Of a stretch of 64,000 nucleotides of DNA, positions 1 through 17,578 are shown in pieces. The position numbers and the translations under genes are program-made. The stretch comes from Amoebidium appalachense (lineage: Eukaryota; Protista; Ichthyosporea): NCBI GenBank assembly GCA_963693365.1, contig CAVNZM010000002.1:7222454-7286453 (forward strand), given 5' to 3'. The notes below the pieces were generated by a model. That model made no database searches and was not told where the DNA came from. It saw only the letters and a list, made by a program, of their open reading frames with translations. Each line of letters begins with the position of its first letter. The first letter of the stretch is position 1.

Positions 1-1
1 T

Positions 2-452
2 GACCTTCTCCGCCTCGAGTCTTTCCTTTTGCGCAAACGGGGCCGCTACTGTCTGGTCATCCCTGTCGCTGTGCAGGAAGAAATTAACTTGCACTTCAAG
101 CACGCGCGCGGACCCAAGAGGATGCTCGCCGACCACGTCTTGCGAATCTTCCACGGGTTCCTCACCATGCGGAACGAGAACGTCTACATCCTCTTCCAGG
201 AGAAAGCGCACGATGAGGATTACCGGCACGCGCTGCAGCAGATGAAACAGACTCGGCCGGCGGATGCGCGCGTGATTGCGTGTGCGTTGTCATTGAACGC
301 GCAGTACGAGGGGGAGGGTGTGCTGTGCGACCGATGACAACCTCATGAGGGTGGAGGCTGGAGTTGCCGGTCTGGCTACGGTGTCGTCGAGGGCGATGAG
401 CGAGCACGGCGATAATTTTGACCTGGCGGTACAGTTTCCGAATTCACATTGA
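2..452 (+). CDS. PIN-domain ribonuclease (Swt1/SMG6-like), C-terminal part, 5'-incomplete; apparent +1 frameshift in G-run at 310-314
   Basis: Frame open from base 2: LVIPVAVQEEI...DARVIACAL. After removing one G it continues RVCCATDDNLMRVEAGVAGL...SH* (TGA 450-452). These match the PIN motifs IPxxVxxE, DxxIxxcAL and TxDxNLxxxA. Confidence 0.7.
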
Positions 453-1964
453 GTGCATCTGTTTTCTTCATTAGGTTTTTTTTTCCATTTTGGTTTTTTT
501 TATGTGGGGAGGGGGACTGTTTTTTTTGTTTTTTATTATGTGGGTGTGTTTATGTACTTGTGTGTGTGCGTAGGTGCGCGTGCGTGTGGATGGGAGAGGG
601 GTGAAGAGAGAGTGTATGGCTGGTGGCGTGTGCAAACACGTGCCCATGCTCTTCCTTAAGCTTGGTGGTAACCTGTCTGTTTCCCACGGTTTTCAATGTG
701 GCTTCATTTGGCTGTGCTCCGCCGTATTTTGCTCCTATACTTTTTTCTTCTGTCAACAAACGTGCACAATTTTGTGCATGCTCAACGACACACACACACA
801 CACACGGACACACACACAGTGCACTTGCGTGTGCTCAACAGGCACGCGCTCGTGGTATGGTGCCCACAAGAACACACGAACACACCGGAGTACACAACCC
901 CACCGGAGCACGAAGCACACATGTTCACACACCACGTGTGTGTGCACGCATTTCTGGACACCTCTCTTCCCTTGCCTTTCTTGCCAAACAGTGCCTGGTT
1001 TAAACACCAGGTTGCCGGTGGCAAAACGAGGTTAAGAGAAGAAAGAGGGGAGCATTCTTTCTTTTTGCCTTTGCATATGGGCACCCGAAAGGGTGGCTCA
1101 TCAAAGGCTGAGAGATGGAGATTGTGGTGTCTGGGATGTGTGTGTGTGTGTGTGTGTGGCGTTTAGAGAGTGGTGGGTGGCATGCGCATGTGCACACGTT
1201 CGTGTTGCATGTGTATGCTGCAGGGGTATGGGTGCATGTGGGTGTGGGTGTCATGTGCTGCCGTGGGTGCATGCTTGGGCACTTACACAAACATATCACA
1301 TCACCACACACAAACACACACACACACATGCCAAACTGGGGCCTACAGAGACAAGCACATGCGCACGCTCGAGCATACGTTTCCATTTTTTTTTTCTTTT
1401 TTTTCGTGCTCCTCTTATGTCTATATGGTCGACTTTTTTTCTTTTTTTTTTCTTGTTTCGTTGTAATTATTGGTTGGTTTGCTGGTTTGTGTTGTTGGTA
1501 CGGATTGTATAAAGTAGGCTGACATGTTCTAAGTGTTGCTACGTTTTTCCTGTCTGGGGCATGGGATAAATTTTTGTATGTGAAATCTAAGGCACGGTCC
1601 AGTTTGAAAGCACACACACAGACACAGACACATACTTGCATGGACCGAGACAGACAGATAGACAGTTTGAGTGAAGGCGGCAAAAAGGTGTAGGGTTTTT
1701 TTTTGTCAGTGTTGTTGTTGTTGGGTGTTGGGGGGGGGGGGGGGGGGGGTGTCGGGGGGGGGATTTGTTACGGTAGGATGAGAGTATGGGGCGCATGTGT
1801 GCCCGGAAGTCTTGTCTTTCGCGGTTTTTCTTTCCAAGTCATTATTCTCGTTTTCTTGGTTCAGTAAGTCTATGATATGAATTTACGTTCGAAACCCCAG
1901 TGGTAATATGAATATGAATGTACTCATGGCCATAGAATGGTATCATCAGAGAAGGATATATCTA

Positions 1965-2690
1965 GGTGTGTGGGAGATATATGCCAAGTGCTGGGTTGTT
2001 TGAGGTCAGATATATGTGAGATATGGGGCCCAGAGCTGTGTTGTTGGAGGTGAGATATAAACAAATAGCTATGTTGTTTCAGGTGAGATATACGTGAAGC
2101 TTAAGTATGAGCTGTGTTGTTCGAGGTAAGATATTCGTGAAATATGAGCTGCTTTGCTTGAGGTGAGATCATCGTGAAATATGAACTCTGTTGTTCGAGC
2201 TGAGTTATACACAATGTATGAGTTGTGTTGCTCGAGGTGAGATATACGTGAAATATATGCTGTGTTGGCTGAGGTGAGATATACGTGAAATAAGTGCTGT
2301 GTTGAGATATATGTGAAATATGTTCTGTGTTGCTTCTTGAGGTGAGATATACGTGAAATATGTGCTGTGTTGCTTCTTGAGGTGAGATATACTTGAAGTA
2401 TGTGCTGTGTTGGCTGAGATGAGATATACGTGAAATATGTGCTGTGTTGGCGCTGAGGTGAGATATACGTGAAATATGTGCTGTGTTGGCTGAGGTGAGG
2501 TTTACACGGGCTATATTTGAGGTGAGATCTGCGTGAAATATGAGAGTATGAGCTGTGTTGCTTCTTGAGGTGAGATATACGTGAAATATGTACATGGGAT
2601 GTGTTGCTTCTTGAGGTCACGGATATGCCTGAAATATGAGTGCTCGCTGTGTTGCTTGAGGTGAGATGCACGTGAACATGACCCATCAGG
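1965..2690. repeat. Degenerate ~36-41 bp tandem minisatellite
   Basis: About 18 units of GAGGTGAGATATACGTGAAATATGTGCTGTGTTG(GCT/CTTCTT); no unique spacers. Confidence 0.9.
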
Positions 2691-3011
2691 TGTTGTGCTG
2701 TGGGTGGGGAGCCGCTGAGTCTTGCTATTCACTGTTGAAATGTGCTTTACTTGAGTGTAACGTAGTTGTGCATGCGCTTGCATATGCCACAGTGGGGTGT
2801 GTGCACCTTGAGTGTAACCTATAAAGTTGCAGAGCTACGGTCTTCGTCAGTAAGCTCGGGTTCAACGTGGTTTCTTTAAATTTGTGACCCTTGAACTTCG
2901 AATTTGTGTGTTGGCAATATTGATCTGTGTTGGCAATATTGGTCATGTGCATTCTCTGTATTCCTCATGTCTGTCTGTGTGCACCGTGCACGTGGTCATG
3001 TATGACACCGG

Positions 3012-3056
<45 letters not shown>

Positions 3057-3205
3057 CTTTTCTTTTTAGTTGTCTTTTTTTTCTTTTTGTGTGTGCTCGT
3101 GTAGTAGAGCTGGGGGGGTGGGGGTGGGGGGGGGGGGGAGGTGGTGAACGTTAACTATCCATGAGTGCGTGTGGTGTATGTGTTTGTGTGGGTGTGTGCA
3201 TAAAG

Positions 3206-3252
<47 letters not shown>

Positions 3253-3294
3253 ATGTGTGTAAGTGCGTGTGCATGTGTTTTTGCGCGCGTGCAT

Positions 3295-3353
<59 letters not shown>

Positions 3354-4402
3354 CGTGTTGTGTGTGTGTGTGTCTGTGTGTGTCTGTGTGTGTGCGTGTG
3401 TGCTCCCGTGTCTGCGTGTGTGGGTGTGTGAGTGCACGTGTGCGTGCCGGCGTTCGTGCGTGTGTGTGGGATCACACAGCGCAAGGCGGGGGTGACGGCG
3501 GGAACTTCATCGGGTGAGAGCTTAAACGGGACTCAGCGGCGGGGAGAGCTCTTGGGGGGGGCGGGGGAATATCAATATACCGTTGCTGGGCATGAAGGAT
3601 ACATGTCTGACATCACACTGACGGTGTACATATGCATGTCACTTCTCAGCAAGTCAACGGTGTCCACCTGAATGATTGGTTCTTGCCTACATATGACAAT
3701 GTCCTTACTTCAGTTCTCTGTAATAATTTAAAGGCCTCTTTTAGGCCGATTTATGGTCACCACATTTTGGACCTCGGGTCGGGCCAAATGCTAGCACTGT
3801 TTGATGCGCACCAAGCCAATCATATTGCATATATCGCATTCGGGTCGGACCCGACCCGGATACCTTAAAGAAACCCCCTTTAACATGTGCAATTGAGTGA
3901 TCATGGGGCTGTTAACAACATCTTGAACCGGTATCATTAGTTACAAGTAATAATAATAATTGAATAGTACTTGACCAAACTTTCTGATACTAATACACCA
4001 ACCGGTGAAGTGTTGCAACCCCTAGGGCAATCGTCTGCCATGATATGGGCATGTTATAAAAAATCCGTGTGCTCACTGCAATACGTAACGGACGTTACCA
4101 GTCACGGTTTTGGTTGGTAGTCAGCGCACCCGAACTTTTCAGCTGGCTGTTAATGATTGGTTATTGGTCGGGATATGCCATGCCATATGGGGGATTATGA
4201 TTGGTTGTGTTTCCTCTTGTTGGGGGCCGGGCAGGGCTGTCCACCAGATCGTGTTACATGGTCATTTTTATCATGTGGTTGCATTGCGGGGCCTTTCATT
4301 AATTCACTTTCGCGCTATGCGGCAAAAGAACCATGGTTAATGAACAAAATTAATATTTAATTTTAATGCTGAAATGCACCAGAGTAAATCAATGGGCTGG
4401 GC

Positions 4403-4506
<104 letters not shown>

Positions 4507-4526
4507 GTGTCATTACGTGTGTTGGA

Positions 4527-4561
<35 letters not shown>

Positions 4562-4842
4562 AGGGGGGTCAGAATTGATGCTGTGTCTCTGTGTTTGGAT
4601 TCGTCAGGTGTGTGGCACATGTACATGTGCAACATTTGTGTGCACATGCAATTAATGTATGCGTGGAAGAAAATCTGCGACATTTATTCACCGAGCTTTA
4701 ATTTGAGTGATTTATTTTAATTAAGGGTACCCACACGGTGGGTAACGTTAGCACCCTTTGTTTAATGAATGTATACGTTACGGAAACACTATAGTATACA
4801 ACAGAAGAAGGGCGAGCTTCTGAAAGGCTTTTCATACTTTAA

Positions 4843-5151
4843 TTGAACGGTGAATCATTTCAATAGTATTATGACTTATACGTAAACTAATCGGTAGGTA
4901 ATAAGGCATTTCTTTTGGAGTTAAAATCACATAATCAAGTTTCATCAATCAGCTCATAGTTTAGTAGAACGGTAAATACCTAAGTTCGCCTCATACATTT
5001 TGAACGGTGAATCATTTCAATAGTATTATGACTCGTACGTAAACTAATTGGTAGGTAATAAGGCATTTCTTTTAGGGTTAACATCACATAATCAAGTTTC
5101 ATCAATCATCTCATAGTTTAGTAGAACGGTAAATACCTAAGTTCGCCTCAT
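4843..5151. repeat. Tandem duplication of ~155 bp
   Basis: TTGAACGGTGAATCATTTCAATAG...GTAAATACCTAAGTTCGCCTCAT at ~4843-4993 and ~5000-5151 with few substitutions. Confidence 0.9.
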
Positions 5152-5522
5152 GCGTTTTGTAACTCGAATTCGAATGTAGCACCCCCCCCCCCCCCCCCCC
5201 CTACCAAATTCCAAATAGCAACAACAAAACCAATATTCTTAAAAAAAAAAAGAAAAGAAAAGAAACCCTGGCTCAGTTTCGGCTCCCTTTCAAATTGCAC
5301 CCCCCCCCCCCCCCCCCTCCCCCCCCCCCCCCCCCCTCTTTCCATAAACTTAACCCACCAACCACATTTTTTCACACACCCCAGCCTACGGTTGTTGTCG
5401 ATAACACTATGCCATGGCAGAGTTTCTAAATTTCTGTTCTCCAACCCCCCCTCCCCCTTCCCCCTCAAAAAAAACAAAAAAAAAAAGAAATAAGAAATAA
5501 AAACTGAATCAAAACCCCAGGC

Positions 5523-8567
<3,045 letters not shown>

Positions 8568-9444
8568 CGTTGTTAAATCTTGCGGATACTAGCACGAAAT
8601 CGCGAAAAATGTAGTATATAACTCTATTTAGTTGTTAAGCGAGTAGGGACTATTCTCTGTGCGTGTAGTTGTATGCTGGCCTCGAGGGAGGGAGTGGTTC
8701 TGGGAAAACTGAAGTACACGGGGTCTTTGCTATTGGCGAAGTAAGATCCTAAACAGTAGAGGTAGGGTTATACGGGCGAATCGATACAAATGCCTAGGCA
8801 TACGTGCAAGTTGAAGTGTGGTGGGCGGAGTTTAGTCTTCTAAGAAGTTTCGCACAGCAACAACAGCATTGTGTTGTGTTGTGCCACGGGGTTGCGTTCA
8901 GATTTGCGGGTGCCTGCCAGATTTGTTCGGATGTAATCACTGGAGATGGAGATGGGTGTGTATTTGTGTGGGCCTATGAAATATAGTACGTTCTTTCGAT
9001 CAAGTTCAAGGTAAAAAAACTACAGTGTGTGCAAGCGCGTGAAACGATCACACGTGTGACTGCTAACTGAACAACGTAATGGTTTACGTTGTGTTTTTGT
9101 TTTGTGTTGTCAGGAGAAACGGTTGCGACGTTGTAACTTGCGTACGTACTAACTGAGGTCCGCATTCTTCGTAACATTACCATGCCTTACACCAATATAT
9201 CTTAACGGGGATTCAATTTATAAATTTCGGATAAAATAGGTATCGTGGGGCTGGATTACAAATCCAGATGGGGGCTTTTGCAAACAAAATCAGTCAACTG
9301 TACTTTTATTCTTTTTCTATAAAGATCTACGTTAGAGCTTTGATTCAGAGCAGCCAATAAACGATGAATCTCCCCACACTTCAAGTTGTTGCTACTGAAC
9401 GCCTAGTGTGAATTTGTACGGCCAAATTGGACCTACTGGCCTGT

Positions 9445-10074
9445 GGGTACGTTCGCACTAGGATCGTCGAAACGACGATCGTCGGTCCATCGATCTGATG
9501 ACCTGCGCCCGAAAACCAACCGCGTGTTCGCACTGGGCAGATCGTCGGTCGCGGGTCGCCGGTTAGGACTGTTTACATATACACAAATACATATGATACT
9601 TATACTTTTTATGTATAGAAAATCTTTATACCTTTTACTTTTGTTGATCACTTGTGATGTTTGATGAGCGTTTTATGCAGTTTACTACGGATGCTGCTTA
9701 TGTTGCTCTACTGGTGATCATATTCTGTAATCTGCCACGTAAGCAGGGAGACACGCCTTTTGGACTAATCGTTGATTTTCACTGGATAGCTGGTGAAGTT
9801 TTTATTGTCTTCTCAGTATGCCGTGCATACTTGCATATCTTTCCGTCGAATAAATCCAGTCAAAAGAAAAAAGATTTTCAATCCGACCTCTGGTTCGGGA
9901 ACTGGTTTGCTCTAATCGACGATCGAGCGTCGATTCATTAGCCATATATGGGGTTTTCGTCGTTTCATCGTTTCAGTGCGAACACCGTTCGTCGAAACGA
10001 CGATCGTTGATGGCTCACCGATTTATCCAAATATGGGAATTCGTCGTTCCGACGATTCTAGTGCGAACGTACCC
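9445..10074. mobile_element. MITE, PIF/Harbinger-like, 630 bp, non-autonomous
   Basis: 34-bp TIRs GGGTACGTTCGCACTAGGATCGTCGAAACGACGA / TCGTCGTTCCGACGATTCTAGTGCGAACGTACCC (2 mismatches), 3-bp TSD TGT (9442-9444, 10075-10077), subterminal GATCGTCG repeats, no ORF. Confidence 0.85.
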
Positions 10075-11039
10075 TGTGTTTGATGATGATTAGAACTGGT
10101 TACTTTTTAGCTAGACCAAAAAGCTTTTCCTATACCTAGGTTTCTGAACAGCCATACTTGCTATTGTAATGGCTCACATGTCAGTCATGTAAATTTTAGT
10201 TTACAGCACATATAGAATTAACAAAATGATAATCTTCAAAGACTTAAAATTTCGTAAATGGGTATGCCCTTGGACCCTTTGATTAATTCCGCTTGTCTCT
10301 TCGGAAGCAACACGAAAAAAATGACTTTGGTTTGCTTTTGAATTTATGCAGCTCATATATGTGCTTTGTACAATGGTTAAACCGGAGTTGAAAGAAATGG
10401 GCTACACTTTGACAGTTCGACGTTCAATAGCATACACGACTCACCCTCAGGTGATCTCTTCATGACCTCACGCCATGAGTGTAGGGGGTTTCTCTACTTT
10501 CAGATCCAGCCAATCCGTGCACACAAATATTCTGTTACGCATTTTTGATTTGCTTATAGAGCACCAGGAATATGATTGGTCATACATTAGATAATACTCT
10601 TCGTTTGATTGGCTGGTATGGTCTATTATCTCGCAAATATCAGGCCTGGATCTAAGAGCAACGGTTCCATGTGTAACGTGCGATCTCTATTTAAAATGTG
10701 TGTGTATTGAAAGTGAATTTTGCGCCTGTTGGCGAACAACACACATTTTTGTGCACACGAGTAAATATGTCTGTATTGTATTGTGTCAATAGTGCGTCTT
10801 TACCATAAATACTGTGACCGTACGTGTCGTGCTTTGGCAAGCTTTCCAACGGTGGCGCGCTGGTGACTCCGGTAGCGACCCGGTCCGGGCAAGCATGCCC
10901 ACATTGGGTGTACACATGTATATGTCCATATACATGTATACACTTTATCAAGGTATCTAGAGAAAAGAGAGGTAGAGATCTGGAGGGGGGGGGGGGAGAG
11001 ATAGAGGGATCTAGACTCTAGATCTAGACTACTAGTAGG

Positions 11040-11472
<433 letters not shown>

Positions 11473-11749
11473 GTTCAAATAGGCAGACAGAGAGATTGGA
11501 GGGGGGAGCGGGGGAGGAGGAGAGGGATAGATGGGAGGGAAGGAGGGGGGGAAGGAGGGAATGGCTTGTGTGCTTGTATGATGGCAGGCCGTGTTCGAAA
11601 TATGATGTGAAAGTCTATTATTAATAAGACACGTGCATGCCGGCGCCGGTATAATATATGGATTGATTGGACATCATCGACTGGCGGCACAACTGCCACA
11701 CTGCCACAGTGCAACTTTGACAATACATTTTGTGTGTGTGTGTGGTTGT

Positions 11750-11796
<47 letters not shown>

Positions 11797-11847
11797 TGTG
11801 TGTGTGTCTGTGTGTGTCTGTGTGTGCCTGTGTTTGTGTGTCACGTT

Positions 11848-11893
<46 letters not shown>

Positions 11894-11952
11894 ATCTGTG
11901 TGTGTCTGTGTCTGTGTGTCACGTTTGTGTATGCATGTGTGTGCGTGTGTGC

Positions 11953-11992
<40 letters not shown>

Positions 11993-11996
11993 CTTT

Positions 11997-12065
<69 letters not shown>

Positions 12066-12804
12066 CGTGTGCGCCCGCGAATGTGTGTGTGTGTGTGTGT
12101 GTGTGTGTGTCACTATGTGTGTCACGTGTGCGTGTGCGAGCGTGTATTTAAGCTTTCGTTGTTATTAGAGTCTAGTTTAACTCTAGCGTCGAGCTCGAGT
12201 CACTCGCAAATGTTACTAGTATTGAGATTATTAATGTATCCCTCACTCCTTTCCACACTGAACAGACTTGATATTTGTCCGAGTCTTCCGCACCCCCCCC
12301 CCCCCCCCCCCCCCCAACTGTGACACCCACTTCTTCCTCCCTTCTCCCCCCCCCCCCCCCCCCCCCCCCCGCTTTCTCCCTCCGCTCCCACCTTCTTTCC
12401 CCCCTTCCCCCCCCCCCCTCCCCCCCCCTTCCCTTTTACAGGGGTCATTCAGGAATCAAATAATTCACCTATAAGATAATTTAGATTTTTTTTTTATAGA
12501 AAGATTAAGATTCTAGGGGCTACCGAGGCTGGGGGAAACTTTGATAACGGGGAGGGGGAGGGGGAAGGGGGGGGGGAGGAGGGGGGGAGGAGGTGATGGT
12601 GGGACTATGGCTCCCCTTATTAATCTAGTACTATTATCAGGCCCTGTGCAAAAGAAAAGCCCTTTTATGTGCAGCAGATAATATTCCTTTTCTGTTTAGC
12701 TTGAAGTCCCCCGGAAGCTTATGCTTTGACACAAATCAACAGACCGAAAAAGTCAATGTGTGTACGTACGTACGTGCGTGTGCGTGTGTTGTGTGTGTGT
12801 GTGC

Positions 12805-12864
<60 letters not shown>

Positions 12865-12954
12865 AACCGGCTAAGAAAGAGTGAAACGCTTCACATTAAT
12901 GAACCCACGGTGCCCGAACACGTGCCTTAATCAATACTCCCTGGCTCTGTGCGT

Positions 12955-13806
12955 CTTTCTGTGCGAAAGTGTGTACATATGTCTGTGTGTACATTCAGAT
13001 TTCAAACGGTGTTCGTTTGTCACTGAGTGTGTTTGTGTGTGTGTGTGTTGTGTGCACGTATTTGTATCGCAATGTGTGAGTGTGTGTGGCTCCATGTCAC
13101 GGTGCACGGTGTGTGTGTGTCTCCCCCCCCCCCCCCCCCCCCCCTTCCTTCCCGCCCCCTCCCCCCGCCCCTTGTCCTGTGGGTCCTTTTTCTTGGCCGG
13201 ATTTTTTTTCTTTTTCTTTTTTTTTTTTTTTTGCGAGGGGGGGAGGGGGGAGGGAAGAGGATGGGGGGAGGGCAGTCCTGTGCGAAATTGTGTGCATGTT
13301 TCTGTGTGTACATTAGGATTTGTCTTCGTTTGTCACTAAGTTTGTTTGTGCTTGTGGTGTGTGTGTGTGTGTGCACGTGTGTATCACAATGTGTGAGTGT
13401 GTGCGTGTCTCCATGCTACGGTGCACGGTGTGTGTGAGTGTGCGCGCACCACTTCCCCCCTCCCCGCCCTGCCGCCCCTCCCCTTCTTCCCCTTTCCCCC
13501 CCCCCCCCCACTCCCCCCCTTTTTTTTTAAAAAAAAAATTTCCCCCCAAAAAAAACTCATGCAGCCCAGAAATAGGAACCACAGGACAGGAAGGGGGGGA
13601 GGGGAAGGGGGAAGAAGGAGGGGGGGGAGGGGGGGGGGGAGGGGGGGGGGGGGGGGGGGGGGGGAGGGGGGGGGGGGCACGCTGGCAGCTGTGCGAGAAT
13701 GGGTGCATATGTCTGTGTGCGCGTTTGGATTTTGTTTTCGTTTGTCATTAAGTATGTTTGTGTGTGTGTGTGTGGTGTGTGTGTGTGTGCACGTGTGTGT
13801 ATCACA

Positions 13807-13838
<32 letters not shown>

Positions 13839-13880
13839 ATGTGTGGCTCCGTGTCACGGTGCACGGTGTGTGTGTGTCCC

Positions 13881-13917
<37 letters not shown>

Positions 13918-14040
13918 CCCCTTCTTCCGCCCCCGTCGTGTGGGTCCTTTACTTGGGCTGCGGGAGTTTTTTTTTTTTTGTGTGTGTGTGTGTGTGTGTG
14001 TATGTGTGTGTGTGTGTTTTGGGGGGTAGGGGGGAGGCGG

Positions 14041-14097
<57 letters not shown>

Positions 14098-14345
14098 CGG
14101 TGAAAAAATGTGTGCATGTGTTGGTGTGTACATTTGGATTTTGTGCGTTTGTCACTAGGCGTGTTTGTGTGTGTGGTGTGTGTGTGTGTGCACGTGCTTG
14201 TTTCACAATGTGTGTGTGTGTGTGTGTGTCTCCATGTCACGGTGCACGGTGTGTGTGTGTGTGCGTGCCCCACCACCACCACCACCGTAAAAAGAAAGAA
14301 AGACTCTGGAAAAAGAAAAATTCATGCAGCCCAGAAAAAGGACCC
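12955..14345. repeat. Four degenerate tandem units of ~320-410 bp
   Basis: Recurring TGTGCGAAA..TGTGTACATT..GATT..GTTTGTCACT..GTATCACAATG..CTCCATGTCACGGTGCACGGTGTG at ~12960, 13280, 13690 and 14100; unit ends carry variable poly-C/poly-G blocks. Confidence 0.8.
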
Positions 14346-14553
14346 ACAGGGCAGGGGGGGTGGGAGGGGGGAGGGGGAGGGGAGAGGGGGGAGGGGGGGA
14401 AATTAGGTAATGAACCCTACGGCCGACAAATCTTCAGATTTTAGACCCCAAACCGTATTTACCTGTTATCTTAATAAAAGTGAGTGACCCCTGTAGTTGC
14501 CCACAAACCGTGGTAATTTGATCTTCCATCGTCTGGTATGCGTTAAAACAAAA

Positions 14554-14595
<42 letters not shown>

Positions 14596-15215
14596 CGGCC
14601 GTTCCCTTCCCCGGGGTGGGTGACAGCGGGCCAATTGGTGTATGTAGTCTAGGCTATAGGTGGGGCAGGGCTGTTTTAATTTACACAATGCGAGCCTGCC
14701 GGTTTTTGTTTGTGTCAAACGTTTTCGTTTCCCCTCGGTTTTGCGCATTGGTCAGAGTTTGTGTGACGTGTCTGTCTACGACTGAATTGAGCAGTAGCCG
14801 GGGTTGTTGTGTAATGTTTTATGATATAGACTGAGTTACTGAGCTTCAAGTGACATATATGTATAGCATATTGGTCACCTGTACATAGCATTTGAGTTGA
14901 TTTTCTCGGCTGATCTAGTCCTTGATGGGTCAACTAATGTCCCTGACGGGTTAACATTGTGAAGCTGCGGTAGACTATAGTGGAGGAGTTGAGCCTGCAG
15001 CATATTTGCTGGCGGTGATGACCGTTGGGTGGGGTGGGCCTGGGATGTGCATTCGGGTTACTGTTTGCCTACAGTGTGTAGTACTTGCGCCTCGTTATGG
15101 TGATCATCATATCCCGCCATATAATCAGTGCCATTTAAAGTGGGGAATTCGAGGGACTCACAAGTTCCTGTGGACAACTTTCTCTATTAGTTGGCGGAAA
15201 ACGGAAACAAAGGGG

Positions 15216-15268
<53 letters not shown>

Positions 15269-15400
15269 TTCGCGCGCATGCATGTGTATATCTTTGTGTG
15301 CGTGCATGTGTGTGTATATCATAGATAGGCCGCATGGCAGCCGGAATAGTGGGTGATGTGTCCCCCCCCTCCCCTCCCCCCTCCCCCCGGGTTCAAGTTA

Positions 15401-15703
15401 CTGTAGCACTGAGTTCCGCGGTGTATAATCCCCCCCCCCTCCCTCCCTCCGCCACCCCCCTCCCTCCCTCCCTCCGTCCCTTCCACCCCTTCCGGGCCCT
15501 GACTTACCCAGGAGCAACCCTGCCAGTGACGCACACCAAAACTCAGGGGGATAATTGAGCTGTAGCACTGAGTTCCGTGTATAATCCCCCCCCCCCCCCC
15601 CCCCCCCCCCCTCCCTCCCTCCGTCCCTTCCCCCCCTTCCGGGCCCCGACTTACCCAGGAGCAACCCTGCCAGTGACGCACACCAAAACTCAGGGGGATA
15701 ATT
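15401..15703. repeat. Tandem duplication of ~150 bp
   Basis: CTGTAGCACTGAGTTCCG...GACTTACCCAGGAGCAACCCTGCCAGTGACGCACACCAAAACTCAGGGGGATAATT twice. Confidence 0.9.
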
Positions 15704-15712
15704 AAACCCCCC

Positions 15713-15753
<41 letters not shown>

Positions 15754-16353
15754 TCCCCCCGGCCCCCGTAATCAATTTGCAATGTCATTTTGCCCCCTGC
15801 ATGCAGACAAGCTTACAATGCCTGCACGTTCGAGAGCTCCATAAGACTCTGTCCGTTTCATTCGGTCTAATCACATCCACTCACTCGAGGCACTACACCT
15901 GTGACTCCCACCGTTAAGAAACTTTCGTGCACCTCCCCGTGCATAGTTTCCCCTCCACTTGTATTGCGCGCATGTTGAAATTCCGCACATATGCGTGATA
16001 CCACGCTATACTAACACGTCCAAAATCACGAGACGTCCACACACCGGCCTTTCTATAGTTTCGGCATTATAATTTAATTTCTGTAGAACTTCCGGATCCG
16101 AGCCTCCTTATTTTTTTTATAGAGCAACTGAAAATTCCGGGAATGAAAAAAAACAAAATGAATTTTCTTTTTTTTTTATAAAACTAAAGTGGGAATAAAG
16201 GAGGCATCGAGAACTTCAGTAAGGTAATTACAGTACATTGCAAATGTGCGGTATCTGTTTTATAAAGTTTTAGATCACACTCATATATGGGCAAAGCGAT
16301 TGATATGCTGTGAGGTCGATACGACGGGGGGGCCCCCGAGGGGAGGGGGGGGG

Positions 16354-16386
<33 letters not shown>

Positions 16387-16388
<2 letters not shown>

Positions 16389-16680
16389 GAACGCGGAACC
16401 GGGTACGAAGTATACAAACACGATGGAGAATCTAAGCATGGTGCAGGACACATGCAAAGAAAAACAATCAAGTGTGTAACATCAGCAATGCGCACAGTAT
16501 GCGTCATAAGCAGAGCCCATGATCCTCAGGGAGAGCCCAAGTCATCAATTGCGTCTGAGTTTCGACCCTTTAGCCTCGCTTATATATACGACTCTCCAAC
16601 TCAGACAGCAGCATCAACTGAACTTGGGACGGCCGACCCGTCTTGATCAAAGACGAACAGGGTTGCTTATGCAAGCAAGG
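16387..16680 (-). mobile_element. Diverged copy of the poly(C)-ended structured repeat family
   Basis: Aligns by eye to 55202-55450 (TTGAA..GTACGAAGTA..ATAAGCAGAGCCCAT..GAGTTTCGACC..CCAACTCAGA..CCGTCTTGATCA..AGGGTTGCTTATGCA) and starts right after a poly-G run like the other copies. Confidence 0.8.
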
Positions 16681-17295
16681 CGAGCAAAACGGTGAAGATG
16701 TGTGTTTGCAAAACATGCAGCGAAAAATGCATATGTGCTTACAGATGAACGACACAGAGCAAACCATGCACGGTTGCATGGGAGTAAAATGGGGGATGGG
16801 GGGAGGCTGCACCCCCGCTTTGCTTTTTGCTCACTTCGTTTGCATATTTTGAAGGACACCTGGTATATATATGTACTGGTGAATCCAAATATGTACAATT
16901 TCACATTGCAGAAAAATCGCTACTTGCCTAGGTCCAGCCTAGGCATTTCTTCCATACATCCTTTGTATGTATAAGTAATTATAGATAATCACAGATTCAG
17001 ATTTTCCCACCCTGAACACGGAGTAACAAAACGAGGCGTATTTTTTTTATCAGGATAGACATGCTTCTTTCAGTATACAAGGTATCACATACGAAACTCG
17101 ATTCACCAACTCTGAAGACTTGACACGCGCCAAAACATTCGCCTACGCTAACATACAAAACTTTTCTGCATCAAAGCATATTCTGCCCACAAATTACCTA
17201 TCTCTCCTACCAGTTTTCTACCAGTTCCCTTCGTAAAGAAATCTACTATTGTATAATACAACAACCCCCCCCCCCCCCCCCCTCTCCCCCCTCCC

Positions 17296-17326
<31 letters not shown>

Positions 17327-17578
17327 ACCCCCTCTCCACCTCAACAACCCACCGTATGGTTCCCCTTCTATCAGCCAACCACCACAGCTCAGTCACATCA
17401 AGGCTCATCATTCACTCTTGGTGAGGCTCCAAAAGCAGGCATTCAATGACATAGCCAAAAAACACAACAAACACCATGTTATCTAACTTACCCTCTAAAC
17501 CCAAAACAAAACCAAAAAAAAAGAAGAGGGTGGGGGAGGAGATAACAACAATAATAACAACAGCAACAACAAAAAACC

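Noticed and set aside
1965-2690. CRISPR-like periodic repeat and the 205-aa/164-aa ORFs over it
   Set aside because: Units are contiguous with no unique spacers, there are no cas genes and the context is eukaryotic; the ORFs only reflect minisatellite periodicity
3769-3866. CGGGTCGG/CCGACCCG inverted motifs suggesting a small MITE
   Set aside because: Too short and imperfect, with no TSD
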